This document shows positions 11,346 through 25,817 of a DNA stretch of 64,000 bases, one piece after another. The notes beneath the pieces are model-generated. The model did not search any database. It was not told the origin of the DNA and was given only the letters and a program-made list of their open reading frames with translations. The stretch is taken from NCBI RefSeq assembly GCF_006345805.1, contig NC_043000.1:105772001-105836000 (forward strand). Reading direction: 5' to 3'. Numbering within the stretch: position 1 is the stretch's first letter; each line of letters starts with the position of its first letter. Both the position numbers and the translations under genes were made by a program. The stretch comes from Octopus sinensis (Eukaryota).

Positions 11346-14300
11346 TAAATTTAATGTTATCAGTGAATATTGCATCTCATTAAAGTTCATAAAATAGGTC
11401 AACAACAAAAAATACAAACAAAAAAATAAACAGTGCAGTGGTTCTCCTTACCAAGTCAGGAAGAGAACTACATCCCATGACCAAAATGCATGTACTAAGC
11501 CAGGTAGTAGCTAGTACACAAGATCTGAAGGTGTTGGAGACAGCAAAGCAACGACACGTTCAAGCAGGAGCTGTAGCAGAGGACAAAAGAAGATAATTAA
11601 AGCACTAAGATACCAGAAATGTCAGATCAATGAAATACTTACTATAGCTGAATGGAGCATGCATTGTGCTGTAGAAAACCGAAGGCCTTTAGAGAGCTGG
11701 GAGAAGGCAGAAATGATGGCAAAGACAATGATGATGACAACGATAACAATAACAACAATTACAGAGCTTTCACAGCTATTTTTGAAAGTTAGATCAATTA
11801 ATATTGTTCAGTGTGGTGCAGAAAAGCAGCAACTTAAGAAAGAATAAGTTGCTGTGAGAGTCAAATAGAAAAACAATTAAGTACTTAAAAGGTATTTTAA
11901 CGTATTTGCAAGATCACATATTACTAAAAAGACAAGATATATCCCTTAGTACAAAGAAATTTCCCAAATTTTCAAATTAACATGAATTTATTGGCTTACA
12001 ATGAGAAATCCCATAACAGTAACAATTCAATAGCAAAATGGAAACAGTATTGTTACATTTCCAACAACATAGCTTGAGTCAAAAGGCCACATAAAAACTC
12101 AGAACTATGAAATGTAAGTCAATATTAACACATTTAATGCATGAAACATTAAAAAGTTAACTAGGATAAATATGTGTCATGTGGAAAATACACCCAATAT
12201 TAACCATATTAATATCATTTTTCCAGGCAAGTACAGAAAATAATACCTAATATATTTTGACTTTATTCTGGGCTTATCAGCAAAGTATAGTGTTCATTAT
12301 ACTTAATGAAGTAGGAAAGAATGAATCCTTCGGAAGACTATATTTATTGGCATAGGAAAATAGAATTTAGAAATGTGTTTGAGTTATGCATGACTTTAGA
12401 CCTCAAGGCTATGACCAAGATCTGCAGTTAATGTTGTATTAGCCCTTTTGATATCAACTTACTCCAAACCACCTGACATACTAATTTATGTCATAAATAC
12501 TAGTTTAATGTATCTATAAAAGAAGTTATTTTACAAAGTCCTTCTAAATTGTTATTTTCAAAATTGGGCAAGTCTATTTCAACAATAATGTGGCAGTGAA
12601 AGTGCTAAAACTGTGTTGGAGATAAGTGTTTCTCAAGGAAATTCAGTAGAAACATTTAAAATTTGTGTGATGAGCAAGAATTTTAAATTCTGAAACAGGT
12701 CTTGAGTAAAGGAGTGTGTTACAACTTGATTTTCTTTTGAATTAATAACATTTGTACTTCATTTTTTATACATCTGCTTGAGTTTCTGATTCTTATACAT
12801 GAATAAGTAGAAATCAAAGAACCATTTTAATGATAAAATAATTTCTCTATTGAGGGACCACAATAGCTCCAGATTCAGTTGTTTCAAGTAGATGAATAAT
12901 TAATCATCTACTGGGGAGAATGTCAGAGACATCATTCCCATTCTTGGTGATTAAGTGAATTAAAGCACCATAGACTTAGGTCTCTTTCTCAGAGACACAT
13001 GAAAACACCAACTGTGAAACCCTTAACAAATGAAGTTATAATCATTTGCCTTTACATTTTACTTGTAAGATTAGCCAAGTGATTTTTATAGTAATTATAT
13101 TGATAACAGTTAAATTGCTCAAATCAATACTCAATAGAAAATCATTTTAGGCATATCAAATTCTAATTAAATTGACATACCAAACATTTAGGACAGATAC
13201 TGCTTTATATTTGACAGCTGTGTTTGAAACATCAACAGTTCAATATTGCAATAACCAATGAAGTTCACTTAACAATAATGTTGTCACTTTCTCACTCAAA
13301 CATATCCTATACAAATGATTATCAAATAAATTTCATGTTAAAATAAAACCAACAGACTACACACAAATTTATCTAAAAACAATAGTTACCTGATATTTGA
13401 ATTTTGATTTGTAGTGAAACTTGTGCAAAAAATAACAATACTAACCTCTGATCAGATAAGGATTATTTTAATATTAAATATTTATTTCGTATATAAGCAG
13501 AAAGTCTGAGATTTACAGTGGAGGGGAAATGAGATGCAATATTTATGCTTAAGGCCTGTAAATGAAGTGACTATAAAGGTAGCCAGTCTGGTTTACTAGG
13601 ATTTTACCTCAACCTACGGTAATGTCAACTTTGTAATATATATATATATATATATTAAAAGAATTTAGCATTCAAGGTTGCTTCTATTTCTATGCAATTA
13701 AAGTGTTCAACAAATTGGGAATGACGTTTTTAAATCCTAAATTGTAAGATATCATACAGTAGATAAGACCACAGATGTTGATCATATGAGGCTCAGCCAT
13801 AACATATCACATATATTAATATCTTTGAATTCTGGGAACTAGATGTATTGATTGCCTTGCTCTGGGTAACAGGTCTGTTTAAGCAGAATAAACCAAAATT
13901 ATTCAACATACGAAAAAAAAAAATTCTAATATACTATGTTGAAAATGTGAACATGAATAATTTAGAAAGATAATTATTGTAAAAGTAACTTCTATAATGA
14001 AACAGTTGAATTTCATAAACATTTTCTTTAATTGAACCAACTAAATAAATAAGCATGCATTTTTATAATAAAAACAGGCATAATATTAGTTATGCGCGTG
14101 CTGAACCATACATGTTCTGAGCATCACTTATTGAATGATATATTATGTCTTTCTGTTTTATTTAACCATTATTTGAATGAGTGTCACCACAATCAATCAC
14201 TGTTACATGACAAAATATTTTCAATGTAGATAGAAACCATGAAAAATAATGTTGCACAGAACTACTTAATATAAAATCAAGTCTTACACACCATTCACAA

Positions 14301-14472
14301 GGACTTAAAAGCACGACTAATAAAGAACATCTAAACACAAGAAGTTACTTTATCAATAAACTGAATAAAATAGATAACCTAAATAGATAAATTAATTTCA
14401 GCTTTATCTACAAGGTTGTTTCAATAAAAGTATCACAGAGACACTAAATAATAACAGTCTTCTCTATGTTAA

Positions 14473-15527
14473 CCCTTTCGTTACCAAACCGCCCAAAGCT
14501 GTCCCCAAAAAATTTTGGGTAATGTGACCAAACCGCCCGAATTTACCTATTCATATTTAAATGAGAATATCAGAGCAAATCTCTTTAGTACATTCTTGAA
14601 AACACGTGATTATACTTCGTAAACAGTTCATCTACAGTTTTGTACAACGATTGACGTGTAATTTTAATTCCCTGAATTTTGGGAGATTTTTTTCCACATT
14701 TTTTTCGGCATCGATTTGTCTTCAACTTTGGAAATGGATTGGAGTATCATGTTATCAAGCATTGATTCCGAATTGGAAAATTTGTGAAGCAAATACTGGG
14801 TACTGTTGCGGATTTAGTTTTTATACAGGGAAACTAATGTTAGTCAGCATGGCTTAGGGTATGATGTGGTCTGGAAGTTATTGTTTGAAGCGATCAATGT
14901 GGAAACAAACTTACGCAAAATGTAAACAAACACAAAATGGGGGTTCAAATTTCGGAAAATTTGTGAAGGGTACTGCGTGGATTTAGTTTTTATACAGGGA
15001 AAATAATGTTAGTCAGCATGGCCTAGGGAACGATGTAGTCTGGAATTTATCACTTCCATACCATAACCAGGGCCGTATATTATTTTTTGACCGATTTCTT
15101 TAGTTTGGTCAAACTTGCGGTGGATTCCAGTATTTCACTTTATTCCACCTTTGTGGTAAACCTGTTGCGCATTAAATTCAACTGATGATATAGTGATGTG
15201 CACAATTCTTCTTTATCAAAATTTTGTTGCATACCCATTTGAATATTAGCTGATGATTCATTTTCTATGGTGATGTTTAAACAAAATTTTTATATTTTTA
15301 CCTTTTGCTCAATTTACCTGTAATTAAAGTCACTTTGAGACAAAAGTTATGCAATAGAATTGATTAAGAACCCTTTCTTTAATTATGTTCCAAATATCAC
15401 ATTAATATGTTGATAAGTAAAAAAGTTACAGTTATTTAATGAAACAAGCCTAGATTCATGATTATTTTAGAATTTAATTGAAACTCATGTGGGGTGTATT
15501 TTGGTCAGAAATATAGTAACGAAAGGG
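14473..15527. mobile_element. Non-autonomous piggyBac-like element with TTAA target duplication
   Basis: TTAA|CCCTTTCGTTAC ... GTAACGAAAGGG|TTAA; internal direct duplication of about 100 bp (14775-14880 vs 14954-15050). Confidence 0.85.
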
Positions 15528-17554
15528 TTAATAGAATAAATGGCTTTGAAAACAGTTATTCTCTTGAGAAATGAGAGTTGTGACACTAAGCATCTAATGC
15601 CTGGCTCAAAAATTAGTTACTCCTCTGCAATATATAGTATCTTTTTCCAAGAGACAGAAAAAGTCTCTAGCAATTCACTAATTCAAAAACTACAGACACT
15701 ATCAGTAAATTCCAAAATACAAGCACTAAACACAAATTAGTGCTCTACACAGAACCAGCTAGAAATCTTTGCCCTTAACAAACACTGAATTGTTATTGGG
15801 ACATCAAAGAAGACTTATCTTCATGTAGTGATTGAGAGGATGATATTGTTCCATTTCTTTTCTAAACTCATGAAAGATTTGAGATGAGCTTAACAAATTT
15901 AAGAAAGACTACATGCTCATCAGCTATTTGAAAACCTTGATGCTTACATGAGTGAACTATATTTCATCATGTAATTTTTTACAACTAGAAAAGCTAGACC
16001 ATTGACAATTAAACGCCTTTTCCAAGAACACAATCCAGCATATTGTGAAAACCAAACTCTTTCTTTATTCTACCAGCAATGACTTTTCCTTCCTGAAGAC
16101 TTCACACTTAATAAATCATTACTAAATTACAGTTTTCATTTAAGCTTATGTCCTTCAGTTAAGTATGATTTTTCACTTGGCCAGTTTGCATTATGAGTAA
16201 TATAATTATATCAGTATAGGTGATCCAGGCATGGGGAAAATGTTTAAGTTCACTTAACAAGTTTCCAGCTTCAATTCTAGTCTGTGACACTTTGAGCAAA
16301 TATCTTCTAATATAGCTGTGGGTTGGCACAATGTTAGTGAGTAGATAGAAACAATGTGGAAACTTGTTAGGTGAAAATGTACTTGTGATCCAAGGCTCCA
16401 ACCTTCATGCAGTGTCAAAACTGAGTCTGTCAGAAAATTATGATAAGGGAGTAAGTGCTTGTGGAATACTTAAATAATTTACACTACAATTCCCTGTGTA
16501 GATAGTTCCATTAATGTTTGTGAGTGTACATGTGTGTGTGTCTATGATATATGTACAATATTTTCCCATATTGTATCAAATAGCTAATCAAGTTTAAAGA
16601 AGATATGGTATAAACTCTTAATAAATGTGTAATCTGAGCTATGAAATATTAAAAATTGTGGCCAAAGGACACAACAAAACAGAAAGAATATGAAGTCACA
16701 ACTGATGACTTGATAAAGCAATAACTTGTATTTACTTAGTCTTTTTCTTTCCACACGTGCAAATTTACATAGTATTTGGTAAATAAAGTTTATCTGTATA
16801 GCTCTTCTAAACCTATCAATACCTATATCAAATTGCACCTCCCTTTTTACTATTTGACATCTACTTTCCACTTAGGGTAGGAGGTGTTGCTTTTACAGTT
16901 GATTATTTGCACTTTAAGTGACAATCAGCCAGCTGTGAAGAAGAAATGAAACAAGTCTGCCTTCTAAGCAAATTGTGTCAAGTACAATTATGTGCCCTGC
17001 ACAAAATTACAATATAATTGCTATAATAGTAACATTTGGACAGTTACTTGATCACACATCACACAGCATGACTGATAGATTCTATGGTAAACTTTAGTTT
17101 CTGTAGACTGAAGTAAATAAAACAAATGGTGAAAATGCTAGTTTATTAGATAGTAGATGAAGCTATACGAATTGAATTAATGTAAAATCAAGTGTGCCAA
17201 CATAAAACATATACAAACATCTGTAGCAGGTTTGAGCTCAAGACTTCGCAGTTCAATAATTGAACCAATTGGCCATCTTAGTAGAAACAGCAGGAAAGCA
17301 GATTCTTTAGATTAAGTTTGACCACTAGTAGTCTATGCCATACCTATAAAAGCTCACCTGGTGACAATAAGATGGCTTGATGCTTGTTACTTCCAGATAT
17401 ATTGAAAGAGAGATAGAGAGAAAGAGATTCTGAGCAACCCAAGAATGCAATGAGAAGCTTGCCCGAGGCATACATGATGGCTAGTTATTATTATTAATGT
17501 AATAGACAGTGACTGTATCAATGTACTATATATATATATATATATATATACCCT

Positions 17555-17879
17555 TACTCTTTTACTTGTTTCAGTCATTTGACTGCGGCCATGCTGGAGC
17601 ACCGCCTTTAATCGAGCAACTCGACCTCGGGACTTATTCTTTGTAAGCCCAGTACTTATTCTATCAGTCAATTTTGCCGAACCGCTAAGTGACGGGGATG
17701 TAAACACACCAGCATCGGTTGTCAAGCAATGCTAGGGAGACAAACACAGACACACACTTATATATATATATACGACAGGCTTCTTTCAGTTTCCGTCTAC
17801 CAAATCCACTCACAAGGCATTGGTCGGCCCGGGGCTATAGCAGAAGACACTTGCTCAAGATGCCACGCAGTGGGACTGA
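17555..17879 (-). mobile_element. tRNA-derived SINE (octopus-type), 5'-truncated, CpG-rich young copy
   Basis: Reverse complement of the family at 34821-35190 and 54935-55300. Confidence 0.8.
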
Positions 17880-20800
17880 CACACAACACAGGCACACACA
17901 CAATATAGTGGTCAAATAACTAAGATGCTCAATTGCTGATCCAAAGGTCATAAAACACTGTAGAAAACTTTACACTTAATTCACTAGTGACAAATCAGAA
18001 CTACTGGACTGCTGATTAAAAAAAGAGTCCACTATATCTGCCTATGTGAAAGATACTATGTTCACTTCATGGTTAACAGCAGGATAGTTAGTGAATGTCA
18101 AGCTGAGTTTGTGAATCAGTGTTTTTTGAATGGAACTTTTTCACTGTTCTTGTGTTATCATAATGCCCTTACAATTCTAATTTCTAATGCATAACTCATG
18201 AAGTTGGGTTGTGTACACATGTCCTGCTGCATAGAAATAAATAGTTTCAATGGAACAACTGTGATGCATTGGATTAAAAACATTATTTTACAGAGCACTG
18301 CTTCATATTAAAAAAAAAAAAAAATTGAGTGTCATTACAATCTTAATAGCACAGGATCTACATGATCCTTCAACTTGCTAGAAAAAGCAGCTAAATCTTC
18401 AAATCCCATTCTACTATTTTCAATAAGGACAAATTGGATATGGTAGACCTAAATGTACTATGTCCGATTAGAGGACAGTGTGGGTGGTACACTTAATTTG
18501 TTGCATATTTTAATCCTGGTACCTGACTCTGTTGAAAGATTTCAGGCCAGGTCTCCAGTTTGAGGATAACTTCCTCTTAACAGTCTTGGAGAATCTGATA
18601 AAAGATAATAGGTACTACCCTTCTGTTTCTGACTTAACCACTGAAAACATGTAGCATATAAGCAAACAAGAAAACCTTGCTGTGGTTGCCTGATGTGGTA
18701 GAAATAGCAGCCAAATCTCCCTCAACCACCTTAGAGAAAAAGAAATGTTGGATAATATGGTACTGGGTTCCCAGCACACTGGAAAATGGTGGGATGGTCA
18801 AGGCTGGAATACTTTTGATCATAGGCTGGCTCAATCAAGGCTGAGACCTGGAGTTAAATAACATAGAGAGAGGAGGAATACATTGACCTATTATATTACA
18901 AAATCTTGTCTTTTTAATTTTTATCTGAATGAAAAATATTTAAAATAAAAGAAAAACACAAAATGATATATAAAGTAGAAATAACTGTTCATTTACATTA
19001 TTGGGTTATTTTAAGAACAGGCAATTTAGCTGCCCAATACAAGAGCTGGGAGAGTAGTCTAATCCAATCCCACTCGACCAACCTCTCACCACTATTCTTT
19101 TCCACACAGCTTTGAAGGGTTAGCTGAACAAACTGTCCCAGTACCTATTCTACCAATCTCTTTTTGCTGAACTGCTAAGCTACAGGAACACAAACAAACC
19201 AACAACAGTTGTCAGACAGCAGGGGACAATCACAAAAATGTACACACACATACATAGATACAGATAATGAGTTCAATCAAATTCACTCCCAAGTCATTGG
19301 TTGAAACAGGGCTGTAGTAGAAAATACTTGTCCAAGGTTCTGCACAGTGGGACTGAACCTGAAACCACAAGGTTATGAAGTGAACTTCCTAACCAGACAG
19401 CCAGAGTAAGAAAGTTTTGAAAAATCCAGGTTTCTCTCTAATCCCTGGTTGAATACATCCTCTTAACACTAAGTAGGACTCTACTCCGCAATTTTCTACT
19501 TCTCACCTGTCTCTGTGATGCTTTGACACTCACTACTCAAATAGTTAAGTGGAGTGAAATGTTAAGTATGGGATAAGTCAAAATAATTGAGCAGACATTT
19601 TGGACAAAGACACTATAATTTAGCAGAGTCACCGTCTTTCTCTTGAATTAAACTAGTTTGTTCACACCAACATCACCAAATATTGTTGGTCTCAACTCTT
19701 CAAAGTTTCTGTGAAATGAAAAAAAATAAATGTCTTCTACTGCTGATTATTTCTCTTTTGTCAGATTATGACTGAATTATTTAAATTTTGCTGAAATGTT
19801 ATCAGCTACTGCTACTAAGTCTCACCAATCCAGCTGAACTGTTTGGTTGGTATGTTAACCCTTTTGTGACCATATTTTTGTTGAAATACACTGCCTTTAT
19901 TTAAATTAATTCTTAAAATAATGAAGACTTTAGTATAACAATGTTGTCATTATTTGGAACATAAAACAAGAAATTTTGGTGATAGGTTTTAATGTAGATT
20001 ACTTTAAAACAAGAAATTTGTATCATAGAACCAGGGGCAGTCTCAAAAGACTAATTGATCTGGTGAGGACTGATGATGAGCAACTGACCTTTACTGACCA
20101 GTCCAAAACAAAGCTGTTTTACCTTGTTTCTTAAAATAATGACTAATAACAGAAAGAAAACTTGGTGGAAATGTTGAGCAAATTTTCTTATTTTGCATAA
20201 CAAGAATATTAAGGACTTTTTGTAGCTCCAATAATATAATGTATTAATCAATGTTGCATTGTAAATAAAAAAAAAAAAGTTAATAAGTTCAAAGAAGAAG
20301 AAAAAACATTTAGGTTATTAAACTTTCAGATATAAATTCTATGAATTACAAATCAATCCATATGCAACAAGAGTCTTGATCACCAATTCCTGTTATATTA
20401 TTTGTATAATTTATCAACATTATAAAAGTGAGATGCTAAGCCTGAACTGTAAGGTAATAGTATAATTCTGATCTAAGAAGACTGGTGGCTTAGCTTAATT
20501 AGTAATTGTCTTTATCTTTTCATCTATCTAGAGATAAAACAAGCACAAATCAGAAGATACTATCTTCCAAAATTTACTGTTGTGTCACTATGTTAGAAAT
20601 TTTTAGTCTTTAGTTATCATCCTGTGAAGTGTACATATATTAAATTGTTCGAAGTTTTGTTTTTTTAAAAATACTTCTATACAAGTTTTTCAAACCCTTA
20701 TTACTGGATGACAAAAAAAAAAAGACCCTAAAGCAAAATCAAAGAATCCTTTCAATAAAATGATCACTCCTCGAAGGACCACAAAATTTTCAGCAGTTTC

Positions 20801-23800
20801 AAGTACACGAGTGATAAATCTTCTACTGTGGAGAATATCACATGACGTTCTCCACAAGCATGATACCTATATCCTGACAACTAAGTGAACTAAGGCACTG
20901 TATGATCAAAATTGTTTAATGATACAATTGGAACAAAAAATTAACATAAGGAATTTAAACCAGCACAGTATAAATCCAAACTAATTCAGTCCACACAATT
21001 AATCAAAACACAGATATCTTCAACTTATAAAACAGTAAAGAACACATCAGAATAACTATTTTACTCAAGTGATTTAAATTAGAATTCATAACTATACATG
21101 AAGATCCCCACAGTAGTCAAAAACAGACTCTTCCAGAGCCCACAAATAGCTGAATATTTTGTACAAATAGTTGAATTTAAATTGATAAATAAGCATGAAG
21201 TCAAAACAGAAACCAAAATGCTGGACATAATCTATTTAAAATAATTGCATTAGATGGTGCAAGCATTTTTATTTGAATTACTGAAGCAAGCAGCTTTCTA
21301 AAAGCAAAAGGCTCAGCAGTGAGAAGTCAATTTGAAAATATCTGAGATATTTTTGTTCTAACTAATCAGAGATTGAACAAGTTTAGAACAATCCAATCTC
21401 AATATTATATTGTTTACATATATGTGCTTCAGCTGGATTTAAACTCAGTAATCTATATTTTTATTTAGAGCCTCATAATTTTACAGTACTTGGGTAAAAT
21501 CTAACAGAATAAGTCGAAAGTCTTTTTCATCAAAATATCATCATCATTGTTTAATGCCTGCTTTCCATGGGTTGTATTCTTGATTATAGATAAAACTTCA
21601 CAGATCAAATCCACTGTCTTGTCTCATTCGTTTTATGTATGAAATGCTGTTTAATTGAATAAATTTCTCTAATATTTATTTTGATTTTACAATTAAATGT
21701 AATTCAAAAATAAGGAATACACATCTTTTAGATTTCAATTTGTAAAGTATAACCAAAGTGGGGGTAAAATAATTCCAGAGAATTAGATTGCTTTATTCAC
21801 TGTGAGAATCTTAATTGCACTATTAACATACAGGTTTGCTCCACCAGGAAAACTTGTAATCACTATTTAGCTAAACATTCTATATTCAACATGTAGTTTC
21901 TCAATAATAGGAATATGTGCTCAGTTATCCACATGTTGTACTCCAGTAGAATTAACTATTTGCAGAAGAGAGAAATGTCCTTCAATAAAATAACCCACCC
22001 CAACTTATTGTAACACTAGTGATGATAGTATTTAAAAAAAGTCTAATGATATGAGAATATTTTATTTTTTGAAAAAGATATGCTGAAGTAAAGTCTAAAT
22101 AAATAATATGCTTCATTTCAATATTGACTAAACCAAGAAAAGGAAGATTTAATATCATTCAAAGATCTCAAACTGGTTGAAATGAATTTTTGTGATCTTT
22201 ACAGAATCTGAGTTTAAAAAGTATTTGAAACGTACCATTTTAAACTATACAAAACATAACAGCAGCAGTAGTAGTAGTAGTAGTAGTAGTAAAGCATGAA
22301 TGAGTACCAATAACATAAGCAGATATTTTTGAGTGGTAATTTATTTTAAAGTCCTCAACTCCTTAAACTCTTATCAGTCCTGACCAAGCAGACCTATAAC
22401 CAAAGACATTCCAGCTGTGACCATCCTTTTTTTCTAGGTATACTGTATCCTGCACTACATTGAGTTTTGTGTTTTTTTCTTTAAGACAATAGAATATGAT
22501 TTGTAGAAGATTTGGTGGTGTGCAGGTGAAGTAACCACATGGAAATATCTTGGTGAGATTTCAAGTCAAAACACAAAGGGATGTAACTAAATGTGTAAGA
22601 CACCTAATAATAATACATTACAGTAATCATCATCATTTCAATAAACAATGTTTGAAACATTGTCTGTGTCAATGTACTTATCTTCAAAACAACCCAGTTC
22701 TGTTCAAGCTTACTGCAATTGTTGTGAGAATGAAGAGAAAACTTAGGATGAATATGTTATAGTAGATGATGAAAGAAAAGATGTTACTTGTTAACTGCAG
22801 ATTCATCTGGTCTATGCTAGTATGGAAATGAAACTAATTATACAATGATTATAATGATAGCAGCATACATTTTTAGAACGGTACTTTCCCAACACGAGAT
22901 AATAATCAGAACGTCATATTTAAAACTCAACACCAAATAATGTAGAAAAGAGTGGATAGTCAATCAGATAACTCTATTACAAGTGTAATAACAGTTCTTT
23001 ATTGACTTCAATATGATCTAAATCTAGAAGACTGAGAGACTGAATTAAATAACAGAAAATATGAACCTTCAATTTTATGACACAATTCTTTTTTTAAAAT
23101 ATATAATGAGAAATAACAGTAATTTACAAGCATTATTTTACTGGACTGAGAAAAAGCTGACATTTCTGAATACTAATGATTGAAATTAGAATGGAGGCAT
23201 CTGATTAAATTTGAAACACTCCCATTAAAATAAATTAATAGCAGAAATCTAAGGAAAACTAACAAAAAAATGTGAAGAGGGAAAAACATTATCATTGAAA
23301 ATTCAACAGTTTCACATATAATACAAGTTACATAAAAGAGTCTAAATTATATTGTATGTATGTATGCACTTATATGCATTGTGCATACTTGCAAATGTGT
23401 TGTTTGCTGTAACAAGGAGCTAAGATTGGTAATTGTTTCAAATACAGTATATAATTAATATTTAATTCATAATGTGAAAAGTGCATAAGTTTTCCAAACT
23501 ATTGAAAGTCCAGCATAACCTAATATACAAGATAATAGAGTATGAAGAAATTAATCAAACAGTAAAAATTTATCAGTCTCTTTAACTTGTATGAACAAAT
23601 GCAACAAGAAGCAGTAAATGACATTTGCTAAATTTTCTAAGGATTATTAAATATTATAAACAATAAATCCATTACAGGCAGAGAAGCTACATGATCTAAT
23701 CTTTGCAACAGCTCACTATTGGTTGCCCTATTTCGTGTTACATATATGTATTTATACTAAAACAAAAATGTTGGATTATGAATGCAATGAGATTTATTGT

Positions 23801-25817
23801 CAGGATTTGAAGTCATCACCTAATGAATCAAATGCTATTTTGCTATGAATGTTAAGTGAGTGAGATGCAAAGTAACATGATATGTGTGTGTAAGGGTACC
23901 AAGGCATCTTAAAAAAGAAACACTGAATCATACACTGTCTAGAAAAGAAAAACTGTGATGGACATAGCTGGATTGACTGAAAATTCTAATTTTTTTCCCC
24001 ATATATGTATCATATGTTTAATTCTAAATAGATGAAATTTGTAAATGCCTGATATGAACTGTTGTTATTGGTAATAAGATCTATTAATTTTGAAAAATCT
24101 TTTTTGCAATATTGACAGACTCGTGTAAGCGTCAATATAGTGAAAAAAAAAGTTAATCTCTAAACAATATAAGAGGAACAAACTTCATTGTTTTGAGTAA
24201 TTTTTGACAGGCTGTCCCCAAGTAATAGAGAAGTATATATGCATACTAATCAATAAGACTACTAGTCACCAACATTAAAATAACCATTCACTCTAAGGTT
24301 TCTTTTAAACAGCCAATAAAATTAAGTGAAATAAAAACCCCATTCCTATCTATAAGACACTCCCATACGACAAAGGTCCTTCAAACAATACAATTTAAAA
24401 GAATGCATACTATCGCTGCTGCTACTACCACTACTATACCATAGTTATTGTAATACAGAAATACTTATATTTCTATGGATGTGTTTATTATTAGTGTAGT
24501 TAGGATTATGTGGCCAGTAGTCTTATCTCTTGTATTTGCATTTCAATTAGTATATTGGTGTGTAGTGTATTTAAATAGTATAGAAGTTCAAAAATTACTC
24601 AGACCAGTCTTATCTTTTGCGTTTGCATTTCAACTGACATATTCACTGAAAGTTGTAGGTGCTTGCAGTCTGGAGAAGTAACAGAAAAGAATGTTGAAAC
24701 TGTGACTTGCACTTATGGTCTAGGAGTTCAATCATACCATAAAGCTATGTGCATACATAAAAATGTAGTGACCTCGAGACATACTGATAAAATCTGGAGG
24801 GATGGATGTTTTTTTTTGTAGGCCTTGAAGATAAGTATTAAGTTGTTCAATCAACTGCATTACCTGCTCATTGGATTAGCAAGTGGCTGAGCATTTCACA
24901 GAATTGGGTAACCTTAATATAATTCTCAGGCAAAATTAGAGTGACACTGTGTATGTAACAAAGCTGCATCTTTGAATCACAGGAACAATCCCTCTGATGA
25001 GTTTCCTTACAGTTTCTATCTCTTCAGTTGAACTCACAATGTATGAGACAACCCGAGGCTATAGATAATTACATATATCCAAGATGCCATGCAGTGGGAC
25101 CAAATTCAGGATCTTTTTCATAGTTATGAAATGAACTTCTTAATCATTCAGTCATACTGCATCTACACTTATATAACTGTGCTCTTCCTTTAAGATAGTA
25201 AGATGTGGTTTGGCTGCTATTCTAACAGATGAAAAGTCATGTCCTTTGTTGACTTGTACTAATTCTTTGTAGTTTAGATATACATACAAAAGAAAGATTA
25301 ATCTTTTACTACATATTTAAATATTGGTGTGCTAAAGTGGGTGATACAGTAGAACACTTGTTTAGATGTCTTGTATTTACATATCTTTCCAATGAGTTCA
25401 AATCTGCAGGATCAACTGTCTTGTATCCTTCAATGTGTTAATCAAGATAAATACCAGGCATGTACTGAGGGAGTCTGTCTTATGCGTTATACTTCTCCCT
25501 CTACAGACATGTGGCTTTGTGTCAATGTAAAACAACTGAAATTACTATTGTCTATCATTCTTTGAACAATTTAAACAAGCAAGAAGAGATGCTTGCACAC
25601 TTAGATGAGAATCTATTAGGTTTTACTCTGTCAAAAAGAAGAATCAAAACTGCTTCCATAATTAACAATTTCTTTCAAACTGAAGCTGTAATGTGCATAT
25701 AATACACAACAAAACAGAGACCAATTTTACCAAGTGTAACAATGCATATGCCACTGTTTGTTTTTCAAAAATATCTAGTAAGTTATTTAAAAAAATTTCT
25801 AATTGAAGGAGATAAAA

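Noticed and set aside
24475-24681. Hydrophobic 68-aa ORF with an internal repeat
   Set aside because: Explained by a local duplication of about 45 bp in AT-rich intron; no splice or homology support.
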